From positions 931-64,930 of the forward strand of contig CBFHTP010000001.1 in NCBI GenBank assembly GCA_965658705.1: DNA of 64,000 nucleotides, read 5' to 3'. Positions 41,609-50,152 of the stretch are shown here, piece by piece. The DNA comes from Candidatus Nanopelagicaceae bacterium. Its GTDB lineage: Bacteria; Actinomycetota; Actinomycetes; Nanopelagicales; Nanopelagicaceae. The position numbers were made by a program, and so were the translations under genes. Numbering within the stretch: position 1 is the first letter of the stretch; the number at the start of each line of letters is the position of its first letter. The notes beneath the pieces are model-generated. The model had not been told where the DNA came from. It was given only the letters and a program-made list of their open reading frames with translations, and made no database searches.

Positions 41609-41680
41609 GGATCGTTGGCTCAGCGGTAGAGCACCACATTGACATTGTGGGGGTCACTGGTTCGATCCCAGTACGGTCCA
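41609..41680 (+). tRNA. tRNA-Val (anticodon GAC)
   Basis: Manual cloverleaf: acceptor GGATCGT/ACGGTCC+A, D-arm GCTC-AGCGGTA-GAGC, anticodon stem CCACA/TGTGG with loop TTGACAT, T-arm ACTGG-TTCGATC-CCAGT. Confidence 0.9.
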
Positions 41681-41693
41681 CTTAAAATGCTTG

Positions 41694-42029
41694 TTAGCTG
41701 CGAAACGAAATATCCGCACGCTTCATCTCTTGAATCAACAATCGGATTGAGTTCTCACCGATTCCTTCGATGCTCTTTAACTCATCCACTGATACTTTTC
41801 GAAGATCTGACAGAGCTGTAAATCCTTGGTCAACGAGAGCGCGCCTGGCCAATTGCGTCAGACCAGCATCACGCCACGCCTCGTCCTTTGATGCGTAGTA
41901 ATCATCATCAGTGCTACTTGAAACTGCCTGAGGCAGCAGAGCGGCGGCCTTCTGGGCTCTCCTTAGAGCCGCAGCACGTTTGATTTCGGCTGCTTCTTTC
42001 TTGACCTTAGCGGGTGATTTCTTTGCCAT
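41694..42029 (-). CDS. Small Lys/Ala-rich protein with a C-terminal helix-hairpin-helix (RpoA-CTD-like) domain
   Basis: 111 aa. The N-terminus AKKSPAKVKKEAAEIKRAAALRRAQKAAA is histone-tail-like. The C-terminus LTQLARRALVDQGFTALSDLRKVSVDELKSIEGIGENSIRLLIQEM has an HhH pattern (GIG). Confidence 0.6.
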   Translation of the reverse strand: MAKKSPAKVKKEAAEIKRAAALRRAQKAAALLPQAVSSSTDDDYYASKDEAWRDAGLTQLARRALVDQGFTALSDLRKVSVDELKSIEGIGENSIRLLIQEMKRADISFRS

Positions 42030-42113
42030 ATCTCATAATAGACACACTAGATTGATCGGCTGATAGAGGCATAGTGGTATTTTTCGAGATGGTTCTGAAG
42101 AATTAGGAGGAGC

Positions 42114-42890
42114 ATGATGGAACAAGGCTACAAACTGGTCGATGGCCATCAGGTTTATAGTTTTGAATGGCCAAACCACGGCGAACCGGTTGTTCTCCTC
42201 CACGGCGGAATGAGTCAAACTCTGCATTGGGATTACACAATATTGCCAGCAGTGGAATCGACTCATCATGTTTATGCCTACGATCGGTCCGCCCATGGCT
42301 ACACCGGTGATCGACCTGGCAGCTTGCACTATGAACATCAACGAGATGAGGCAATTGCCTATCTAGAGACAATCGTCGGCAAGCCCGCGCATCTGATTGG
42401 TTGGAGTGACGGTGGCATCATTTCTTTGATGGTTGCGATCAAGCGACCGGATCTCGTTAAGTCGATCATAGCGTTCGGTGCGAACTACCTTCACTCTGGA
42501 GTTCTGTCTATCCCAGACTCCTTCATCGTAATTTCAGAGGAAGATCAAGCCGAGCATAATCGTATCTCTCCAGATGCTCCCGAACAATTGCTTCAGAACC
42601 AACTTCGAATGGTTGAAATCATAAAGAGTGAGCCAGAGATCGATATTGCTGAGTTGAAGAAGATCAACATCCCGACGTTGATAATCGTGGGCGATGATGA
42701 TGTGATAAATCACCATCACACCGTTGAGATGTACGAAGCACTTCCTCAAGGGCAGTTAGCAATAGTTCCGGCAACATCTCACATGGTTATGAAAGAGAAG
42801 CCCGAACTCACTCAATTATTGATTCGTGAATTTCTTGCGGACTTGTCACATCCGCAGACAACATGGCCGTTTAGAAGAAGTGAGCGGTAG
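42114..42890 (+). CDS. Alpha/beta hydrolase
   Basis: 258 aa; oxyanion HGG, a nucleophile elbow GWSDGG and a C-terminal His (TSHMV). A strong AGGAGGAG SD lies upstream. Confidence 0.85.
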   Translation: MMEQGYKLVDGHQVYSFEWPNHGEPVVLLHGGMSQTLHWDYTILPAVESTHHVYAYDRSAHGYTGDRPGSLHYEHQRDEAIAYLETIVGKPAHLIGWSDGGIISLMVAIKRPDLVKSIIAFGANYLHSGVLSIPDSFIVISEEDQAEHNRISPDAPEQLLQNQLRMVEIIKSEPEIDIAELKKINIPTLIIVGDDDVINHHHTVEMYEALPQGQLAIVPATSHMVMKEKPELTQLLIREFLADLSHPQTTWPFRRSER

Positions 42891-42892
42891 AA

Positions 42893-43732
42893 CTAGCCTA
42901 AGGCAATCAGGCAAACGCCGAGCACTGCGAAGAACACCCCTAGGTATTGAATCTTGTGAAGACGCTCGTGCAGGAATTTGTATGCCAAAAGTACAGTGAC
43001 CACAGGGAATAGATTCCCAAGCACCATTGCTACCGAGAGCAGACCCCGAGTGGTTGCGACCCCCAATGTGAAATTAGCAAGAAAATCAGCTGAACCAATT
43101 GCGATCAGCGTTGAGATGTCACTACTTTCAAAGCCACCGATGCTCTTCGCTTTGATAGCGAGCAGCGCACAGATAGATACAGTGGCAAATCGCATGGTTG
43201 TCATGGTGTAAATCGCGCTCGTCTTTGAGCCTTGCGCCATGAAGACCAGCGCAGTTCCAAAACAAATGGCAGTCAGCAGTCCCAACAGCAACGGCCGAAT
43301 GGGTAGGCCCTGGGCGACTTCAGGCCCAGATGCGCAGAAAGCGCCGAGTAACGCAATCACCATGCCAGCGATTGCGAGTGAACTCGGCTTCTCACCTCGT
43401 GTGAATGCATAGATGAGAGGGATGACGGCGCTGAGTGCACTCAATGGTGCAACCACTCCCATCCGCCCCGTTGAAAGACCCACGTAATATGAACAGAGTC
43501 CGACAAAGCCAACTAGCCCGGCAGCGATTCCAGGTAAGAGGTATCCATTCCAATGAAAATTCGGCGCAATCCAATGGCGCGAAAAGAGCAGGATGATTAA
43601 TCCAACAAGTAATCCAAAAGCTTGCGAAACGCCCGTGACCGCGATGGCTGGGAATCTCTTAGAGAGTTTGCCCCCAAGATAATCAGCACTCCCCCATAAA
43701 ACGCTGCAAGAGAGCGCTAATACCGCGAACAC
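42893..43732 (-). CDS. EamA/DMT-family transporter
   Basis: 279 aa with about 10 TM segments arranged as two EamA-like halves. Confidence 0.8.
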   Translation of the reverse strand: MFAVLALSCSVLWGSADYLGGKLSKRFPAIAVTGVSQAFGLLVGLIILLFSRHWIAPNFHWNGYLLPGIAAGLVGFVGLCSYYVGLSTGRMGVVAPLSALSAVIPLIYAFTRGEKPSSLAIAGMVIALLGAFCASGPEVAQGLPIRPLLLGLLTAICFGTALVFMAQGSKTSAIYTMTTMRFATVSICALLAIKAKSIGGFESSDISTLIAIGSADFLANFTLGVATTRGLLSVAMVLGNLFPVVTVLLAYKFLHERLHKIQYLGVFFAVLGVCLIALG

Positions 43733-44500
43733 TTAGCTGAGGCGCTTTACGAATGTGAGAGATTCATCGAAGATGATCTGTTGATCATTATCAAGAGTTG
43801 CAACGTGATAACTGTCATGCAATTCAAATCTGACCTTATCGCTTGCTCCGAGTCCTGCCATGATGATTTCAGTATTGGTCACCGGCAAAACATGGTCATC
43901 GACGCTATGGAAGAGCAGCGTCGGGGCGAGCTGGGCGGAGAGCGCTTTACGAGTCGCATTAAGCATCTTGTTCAGTTGCACCACGCCCTTCGTAGGAAGA
44001 ACGTCATAACCCCATTCGGTCACGCCTGGCTTCTTAATATCGTCTCCGACCGAGGCCCGCCCTTTTTGAACCAGCGCAAGCAGTGGTGCGATGTGAATTT
44101 TAGGATCAGCGATGTGAATCATCGGATTGACGAGAACGATTCCATCAACGCGAGATCTCTCTGCGACATTGAGGGTTGTACAGCCGCCCATAGAGAGACC
44201 GAAGATAAATACTTTCTCGCAATTAACCGCGCTGCTTCTAAGCCAAACTAGCTCAGCATCAACCTTCGCCGGCCATTCACGCCAAGATACCTTGTTCAGG
44301 TCTTGCCACTCTGTTGCATGTCCGGGCAGCCTCGGTACCGAAACTGTGTAGCCCTGATCAGAAAACCAATTAGCCCAAGGCCGCATCGATGCCGGGGCAC
44401 CTGTAAATCCATGCACAAAAATAATACCGACGTTCTTCTTCGCACCGCCGATGCTTCGGAAATCTTCTTGCCAACCTGCTGGTGCGCCTTGAGTAGCCAT
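43733..44500 (-). CDS. Alpha/beta hydrolase (carboxylesterase / monoacylglycerol lipase-like)
   Basis: 255 aa; VHGFTG oxyanion region, GLSMGG nucleophile elbow, and C-terminal D...H (SYH). Confidence 0.85.
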   Translation of the reverse strand: MATQGAPAGWQEDFRSIGGAKKNVGIIFVHGFTGAPASMRPWANWFSDQGYTVSVPRLPGHATEWQDLNKVSWREWPAKVDAELVWLRSSAVNCEKVFIFGLSMGGCTTLNVAERSRVDGIVLVNPMIHIADPKIHIAPLLALVQKGRASVGDDIKKPGVTEWGYDVLPTKGVVQLNKMLNATRKALSAQLAPTLLFHSVDDHVLPVTNTEIIMAGLGASDKVRFELHDSYHVATLDNDQQIIFDESLTFVKRLS

Positions 44501-44557
44501 AGGGTGAATCTAATAACGAAATCAGCCAATGTCAGTAACCCGGAGTAACTTTCTCGT

Positions 44558-46012
44558 ATGTCCGCTGATCGAAATCCCATAGGTTGGCAGCCAACTTTCA
44601 ACGATCTAGGAAAACCCCTTTCACAGACGACCTTCGTCGTTGTTGATCTGGAGACAACCGGTGGCTCCCCTAAAAATGGTTCTGCAATCACCGAAATAGG
44701 TGCCGTGAAGATCCGAGGTGGAGAAGTCCTTGGCGAATTCAAAACATTCGTTAATCCCCTCGCACCTATACCCGCATACATCACTGTCCTCACCGGGATT
44801 ACAGATGCGATGGTCGTTGCTGCGCCAACGATCGAATCGGCGCTCCCCAATTTTCTCGAGTTTTGTGGATCAAGTGAAGAGACGGTCTTGGTTGCCCATA
44901 ACGCCCCATTCGATATCGGATTTCTCAAAGCCGCAGCCGCCGACCTTGATTACCAATGGCCAAGTTATGCCGTCGTTGATACTGCACGGGTGGCCAGGTT
45001 GGTGCTTGCCAAAGACGAAGTTCCTAACTGCAAGCTCGCGACCCTTGCCATCTTCTTCAATACCCAAGTCAAGCCAACCCATAGAGCACTAGATGATGCC
45101 CAGACGACAGTTGATGTCCTGTATGGACTCTTTGAACGTCTCGGAGTCATGGGAGTCCAAACCCTGGAAGATCTGCAAAATTTCACCCATCGAGTTTCAC
45201 CAGAGCAGCGAGCAAAGAAGCATTTAGCCGACGGTATCCCAGCGGTTGCCGGTGTCTATATCTTCAAGGATGCACAAGGTGCACCGCTCTACATAGGGGT
45301 CTCGAAAAACTTGCGTAATCGAGTCCGAAGCTACTTCAGCGCCGCAGAGTCTCGCTCTCGTATCAAAGAGATGATTCGTATTGCTGACCGAATCGAGATT
45401 GTTCAATGCGCCACGGTCATCGAAGCGAATGTACGAGAGTTACGTTTAATTGCCGAACGGGTACCGCGTTATAACAAGCGGTCAATGAAGCAGTTTCGTG
45501 GAATAAAGAAGCACCACTTTCGAAAGAATTATCAGGTCATTGCCGATGGCCTTCAAGAAAAGATGAACTCACTCTCACTGGCTGAACGATTCGAAGAAGC
45601 AGCTGACATCCGCAATCGCCTGAATGACTTTGTCCACGGTGTTTATCGCGGCCAGCGAATCCAATCGATCAGCGAAGTCCGGCACCTCATCACAGCCCGC
45701 CCAGTTGAAGAAGATTGGGAATTCGTTTGTATTAGATATGGTCGATTCGCTGGCTCAGCAATCGCGAAGGCAAAATCGAATATCTCCGAACATATAGAGG
45801 CGCTTAGAGCAACATCTGAAGTTATCTCAATGCCACTTGCAACCCATGAAGAGAGCGAAAAAATCCTTACCTATATAGAGAGTGATGGAATACGGATTGT
45901 TGAGATTGACGGTACGTGGGTAATGCCGGCACAAGGGGCTGGCACCCTATGGAATAGCCTGAATGATCATCGAAGCAGCTGGAACGATTTTGCTACTTAT
46001 TCGGGCGACTAG
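44558..46012 (+). CDS. DEDDh 3'-5' exonuclease (DnaQ-like) fused to a GIY-YIG (UvrC/Cho-like) nuclease domain
   Basis: 484 aa. Exo motifs VVDLETTG, HNAPFDIGFL and HRALDDAQTT, followed by GIY-YIG GVYIFKDAQGAPLYIGVSKNLRNRVRSYF...PRYN. The position next to trpD/ctaE matches mycobacterial synteny. Confidence 0.88.
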   Translation: MSADRNPIGWQPTFNDLGKPLSQTTFVVVDLETTGGSPKNGSAITEIGAVKIRGGEVLGEFKTFVNPLAPIPAYITVLTGITDAMVVAAPTIESALPNFLEFCGSSEETVLVAHNAPFDIGFLKAAAADLDYQWPSYAVVDTARVARLVLAKDEVPNCKLATLAIFFNTQVKPTHRALDDAQTTVDVLYGLFERLGVMGVQTLEDLQNFTHRVSPEQRAKKHLADGIPAVAGVYIFKDAQGAPLYIGVSKNLRNRVRSYFSAAESRSRIKEMIRIADRIEIVQCATVIEANVRELRLIAERVPRYNKRSMKQFRGIKKHHFRKNYQVIADGLQEKMNSLSLAERFEEAADIRNRLNDFVHGVYRGQRIQSISEVRHLITARPVEEDWEFVCIRYGRFAGSAIAKAKSNISEHIEALRATSEVISMPLATHEESEKILTYIESDGIRIVEIDGTWVMPAQGAGTLWNSLNDHRSSWNDFATYSGD

Positions 46013-47027
46013 CCACAATCTCTTGAGTGAGCGCAGCCCAGTTCTTTAATACTTCACTTGCTCTTCCAGAATCAACCGCTTGCGTTGCAAGAACTAGTCC
46101 ATTAGCAAATTGCTGCTCCACGCTTAATGAAAAATCACCCTTGAACGCTGCAATACCGGCGGCTGCGTTGAGCAGAACCGCATCTCGAGGTGCCCCTCGT
46201 TCGCCAGCAAAGATGTATCTTGTGACGGTCGCATTGAACTCTGGTGATCCACCTACCAGCTCTGAAATCGGTGACGAATCGATGTTGAGATTTCGCGGAT
46301 CAAAAGAACTCTCACGAATTTTTCCATCAGAAATCTGAATCACGGTTGTAGTGGTTTCCAGCGAAATTTCATCAAGTCCGTCATCACCCCTAAAGACAAA
46401 TCCTTCTGCTCCTCGATCAGCCAAGGCTTTTGCCATTACGGGCAGCATCTTGGGGTCCGCAACACCGAGTGCGATCGCTTTCGGCTGCGCCGGATTAGAC
46501 AACGGCCCTAAGACGTTGAACATGGTTGGAATTGATATCTCTTTTCGGGCTGGCGCTGCAAAGCGCAGAGCCGAATGGAACTTTTGGGCGAAGCAGAACC
46601 CAATACCCAGCGTACGCACGGTTCGTTCGACTTCAGCGCCATCCAGATCGATGTTCACACCAAGTGCTTCCAGACAATCAGCGGACCCAGATTTAGATGT
46701 AGCGGCTCGAGATCCATGTTTGACCGTTCGCGCTCCAGCCGCCGTGATGATGATGGAAGCCGTGGTCGAAATGTTGATCGTGTGCGCGCCATCGCCACCG
46801 GTGCCAACAATGTCTACCGCTCGATCCTTTATTGATATGGGAAGGCCAAACTTCAGCATCTGTTCAACAAAGAGTGAAATCTCGCGAGCGGTAACTCCCT
46901 TATGAGCCATGGCAGCTAGGAAATCCTTCAATTCATCTTTGGCTGCGCGATCTGAAAGCAACTCTGACATCGCCCAACTGGCCTCTATCGATTCAAGATC
47001 GTGCAACTCCAACAAGCGAGTAGTCAT
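45993..47027 (-). CDS. trpD: Anthranilate phosphoribosyltransferase
   Basis: 344 aa; VDIVGTGGDGAHTINIST and KHGSRAATSKSGSAD motifs. Confidence 0.94.
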   Translation of the reverse strand: MTTRLLELHDLESIEASWAMSELLSDRAAKDELKDFLAAMAHKGVTAREISLFVEQMLKFGLPISIKDRAVDIVGTGGDGAHTINISTTASIIITAAGARTVKHGSRAATSKSGSADCLEALGVNIDLDGAEVERTVRTLGIGFCFAQKFHSALRFAAPARKEISIPTMFNVLGPLSNPAQPKAIALGVADPKMLPVMAKALADRGAEGFVFRGDDGLDEISLETTTTVIQISDGKIRESSFDPRNLNIDSSPISELVGGSPEFNATVTRYIFAGERGAPRDAVLLNAAAGIAAFKGDFSLSVEQQFANGLVLATQAVDSGRASEVLKNWAALTQEIVASRPNK

Positions 47028-47074
47028 TGCTGGCCACGAGTGAACGATTGAAGAGTTAATGATTTCTCTTTCGT

Positions 47075-47497
47075 CTACGTGTTGAGGGGGACGGTGCTAG
47101 CTCGAAGTAAATTGGCTACCTTTTGTGCGATTGTGAACGGATCAATTGGGTGCACAACAGTTGCATCCGCCATCGACCACGAAGCCAACCATGAATCCTC
47201 TGCCCTACCTGTTATCACTAACGTGGGTGGACAATTGAAGATTTCATCTTTCAACTGACGGGCAACTCCCATGCCACCTTCAGGAACCGCTTCCCCATCC
47301 AAAATGAAGAGATCGACCCGACGTCCTTCATCAACGAAGAGTCGAAGTGCAGGGCCGGTCGCAAATTCAACAATCTCGTGGATCGCAAGATCGGGCGCAA
47401 CTCGGGATCCAAGCGCGGTCATCAATGTGTTGCGCACCGTCGAATCATCCGAGTAAATGGCGATCACGGGAGTCAGTTTCTTTGATGGCATTTCCAT
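47075..47497 (-). CDS. Stand-alone response-regulator receiver-like protein (atypical)
   Basis: 140 aa with a CheY-like pattern: IYSDDS (acidic pair), DLFILDGE (phospho-acceptor Asp context) and LVITG (Thr). The beta5 position reads VVHPIDPF, so His replaces the conserved Lys. Confidence 0.6.
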   Translation of the reverse strand: MEMPSKKLTPVIAIYSDDSTVRNTLMTALGSRVAPDLAIHEIVEFATGPALRLFVDEGRRVDLFILDGEAVPEGGMGVARQLKDEIFNCPPTLVITGRAEDSWLASWSMADATVVHPIDPFTIAQKVANLLRASTVPLNT

Positions 47498-47612
47498 CTG
47501 AAAAGTCTAACCTCCCACCGCGGCCATGCGGGGTGATCAGCCTCACCAGATTTTCACCTCCAAACCGCGGCCCCTGGTGCGATAAATTCTAGAATTCGGG
47601 AATAATCGTCCT

Positions 47613-48257
47613 GTGACCACACTTTCGGAGAGCCTCGTTTCACCGGAGCCACAGCGCGCTCAAACTCGTCCGAATCTTGTGGCAGTAGGAACTATCGTAT
47701 GGCTAGCAAGTGAACTGATGTTCTTCGCAGCGCTCTTCGCTATGTACTTTACGACACGAGCCGTTCAAGGGCCAACACTTTGGCTAGAATCGACTGGGCT
47801 GCTCAACGTTAGATTTGCTGCCATCAACACCACGGTTTTGGTCCTCTCTTCAGTGACTTGCCAGTTTGGCGTTTTTGCGGCGGAGCGATTCCAGTCCCGT
47901 CGGATGGGTTCAATCTTCACATTCTCACTGTGGGGAATGCGTGAATGGTTTGCGCTCACATTTTTGATGGGTGCATTCTTCATTGGCGGCCAAATTTACG
48001 AATACGCAAATCTTGTTCACGAGGGCCTTTCGCTCTCATCTCGTGCCTACGGCTCTGTTTTCTACATCACGACTGGATTCCACGGACTTCACGTAACTGG
48101 TGGTCTGATCGCTTTCCTCATTGTGCTTGTTCGCGTTGCAAAAGCGCAGAAGTTTGGCCACAAGCAAGCAACGACAGCGATTGTCGTTTCGTACTACTGG
48201 CACTTCGTCGATGTTGTGTGGATCGCGCTCTTTTCAGCGATCTACCTGATCAAATAG
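47613..48257 (+). CDS. ctaE: Cytochrome c oxidase (aa3) subunit III
   Basis: 214 aa with a GTG start and 5 TM helices; [12 protein letters not shown] and YWHFVDVVW motifs. Confidence 0.93.
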   Translation: MTTLSESLVSPEPQRAQTRPNLVAVGTIVWLASELMFFAALFAMYFTTRAVQGPTLWLESTGLLNVRFAAINTTVLVLSSVTCQFGVFAAERFQSRRMGSIFTFSLWGMREWFALTFLMGAFFIGGQIYEYANLVHEGLSLSSRAYGSVFYITTGFHGLHVTGGLIAFLIVLVRVAKAQKFGHKQATTAIVVSYYWHFVDVVWIALFSAIYLIK

Positions 48258-48272
48258 AAGGTAACTGAATTA

Positions 48273-49085
48273 ATGAAGCGAAAGAATCGATTGAATGTAG
48301 GCAAATACCGTCGAAACAAATTCGCTGGACCGGTTTTAGTTATGGCAGCTTTGATCACGGTTGGTTCGGCATTTGGCGTCGCATCGGCTCTTCCTAGCGC
48401 ACAAAAGACGCCAACAGCATCTGCACAATCAACACTTGTCTCAGAAGGCAAGCAGATATTTCTTAGAGGTTGCTCATCTTGTCACGGACTAAACGCTGAA
48501 GGCGGCGCAGTAGCTCCATCTCTCATCGGCACAGGCTCAGCTGGTGTCGATTTTCAAGTAGGGACTGGACGCATGCCACTGGCAGATATGAGCCAGCAAG
48601 CTATGAGAAAGAAGCCCCTCTACAACCCTGCCGAGGTGGCGGCACTAGCAGCCTATGTTGCATCTACTGCACCAGGACCAGCCGCAGTGGATCCAGCATC
48701 GTTAGCATGGGAACGCGATGGCAATGTTGCACAGGGCGGTGAGTTATTCCGCACAAACTGCGCAATGTGTCACAACTTTGCGGCGCAAGGTGGCGCGCTA
48801 AGTCAGGGTAAATATGCTCCCACCTTGATGGGTGTCAACTCTGAGACCATTTATGAGGCGATGATCACTGGCCCACAATCAATGCCAAAATTTTCAGACA
48901 AAACCGTAACTCCGGCTGAAAAGTTATCAATAATTAAATGGGTAAAGAGTGCACAAAAGGAGCCGGCAATCGGCGGCGCCTCATTGGGACGAGTAGGTCC
49001 AGTAACTGAAGGACTTCTGGTCTGGACACTTGGTCTTGGTCTTCTGATCGGTGTAGCTGTCTGGCTCACCGCAAAAGCGCGATAG
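48273..49085 (+). CDS. qcrC: Cytochrome bc1 complex dihaem cytochrome c subunit
   Basis: 270 aa with two CxxCH motifs (CSSCH, CAMCH), an N-terminal signal/TM segment and a C-terminal TM anchor. Confidence 0.92.
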   Translation: MKRKNRLNVGKYRRNKFAGPVLVMAALITVGSAFGVASALPSAQKTPTASAQSTLVSEGKQIFLRGCSSCHGLNAEGGAVAPSLIGTGSAGVDFQVGTGRMPLADMSQQAMRKKPLYNPAEVAALAAYVASTAPGPAAVDPASLAWERDGNVAQGGELFRTNCAMCHNFAAQGGALSQGKYAPTLMGVNSETIYEAMITGPQSMPKFSDKTVTPAEKLSIIKWVKSAQKEPAIGGASLGRVGPVTEGLLVWTLGLGLLIGVAVWLTAKAR

Positions 49086-49099
49086 AAGAGATAGAAAAG

Positions 49100-50152
49100 T
49101 TGGTTGACATGACTAATGAGAATGGAACACATGAGATGAGCGGTCTAGCTCCTCAAGGTAACAATCAAGTTGATCGATTCCAAGATCCTGGCCTGCCCGA
49201 GCACGTCCATCGCAAAACGGATTCAGACCCAGCGGCTGCGAATCGTGCAGAGCGACAAGTTGCCGCGCTCTTCTTGCTCTCGGCAATCGGAACTGTTGGG
49301 ACTATCGCTTCTTATATTTTCTTGCCTGCCAACAAATTTGTCTTTCTACCCATCCTCGGAGATACAAATATTCAGCAACTTGGGCTAGGTCTTGGTCTCG
49401 CCGCATCTCTCTTCTTCATTGGGATTGCAGCTGTTCATTGGGCCAAAACTCTTATGCCCGATGAAGAGGTAATCGCAGAGCGCCACGAGCTGCGCTCTTC
49501 TGATGAAGATCGTGCGGCATTTGTTTCAACTGTTAAAGAACGTGCTGGCGCTGCCGGATTGGGCAGACGATCACTGATCAAGCGATCAATGGCGCTTTCA
49601 CTTGGTCTCGTTGGCCTATCCCCTATCGTTTTGCTGCGAGATCTCGGTCCAACTCCTAAAAAATCTCTACAGCAGACAAGCTGGGCTGCCGGAATTCGAC
49701 TGGTCAGCGATCCAGGAAATCGACCAATCAAGCCTTCGGATCTCGAAGTTGGCGCAGTGGCGCAGATGCTGCCAGAGCTTGCACCAGGGGAAGAGCGAAC
49801 CCTAGAAAATATTGGCAAAGACGCAGTCCTTTTGATTCGAATTCGCCCAGAGGAGTTCAATCTAAATGCAGAGCGCCTTTCGTGGACACATGATGGGATC
49901 ATCGCCTTTAGCAAGATTTGCTCCCATATGGGCTGTGCCGTCGCCCTCTATGAACAGCAGACGAAGCACCTGCTCTGTCCTTGCCACCAATCAACATTCG
50001 ATGTAACTCGAGCGGCCAAGGTGATTTTTGGCCCCTCAGCGCGCCCATTACCTCAACTTGCTTTAACATTGGATGCAGAGGGTTACCTCGTTGCAAAACA
50101 AGGATTTACTGAACCCGTTGGACCTAGTTTCTGGGAGCGTAATTCAGCATGA
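49100..50152 (+). CDS. qcrA: Cytochrome bc1 complex Rieske iron-sulfur subunit
   Basis: 350 aa with Rieske motifs CSHMGC and CPCHQS plus N-terminal TM helices. The exact start is uncertain: the track gives a TTG at 49100, and in-frame ATGs follow shortly after. Confidence 0.9.
   Translation: MVDMTNENGTHEMSGLAPQGNNQVDRFQDPGLPEHVHRKTDSDPAAANRAERQVAALFLLSAIGTVGTIASYIFLPANKFVFLPILGDTNIQQLGLGLGLAASLFFIGIAAVHWAKTLMPDEEVIAERHELRSSDEDRAAFVSTVKERAGAAGLGRRSLIKRSMALSLGLVGLSPIVLLRDLGPTPKKSLQQTSWAAGIRLVSDPGNRPIKPSDLEVGAVAQMLPELAPGEERTLENIGKDAVLLIRIRPEEFNLNAERLSWTHDGIIAFSKICSHMGCAVALYEQQTKHLLCPCHQSTFDVTRAAKVIFGPSARPLPQLALTLDAEGYLVAKQGFTEPVGPSFWERNSA

Noticed and set aside
40027-44500. tRNA-associated genomic island or integrated element
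   Set aside because: There is no integrase, recombinase, transposase or phage gene, and I could find no direct repeat of a tRNA 3' end. It is retained only as a low-interest variable-hotspot finding.
44296-44928. 210-aa minus-strand ORF spanning the intergenic region between the alpha/beta hydrolase and the exonuclease gene
   Set aside because: It overlaps two well-supported genes on both sides. Its composition (Ser/Arg/Pro/Gly-rich, no motifs) is typical of antisense shadow ORFs, and it has no recognisable family.
46351-46905. 184-aa plus-strand ORF inside trpD, plus similar long antisense ORFs at 1139-1549, 8735-9172, 13142-13546, 20348-20764, 32623-33105, 39468-39944, 43781-44251 and 49435-49914
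   Set aside because: All lie fully inside strongly supported genes on the opposite strand. They are Ser/Arg/Pro/Ala-rich and low-complexity, as expected for frame shadows. None has a motif or an RBS.
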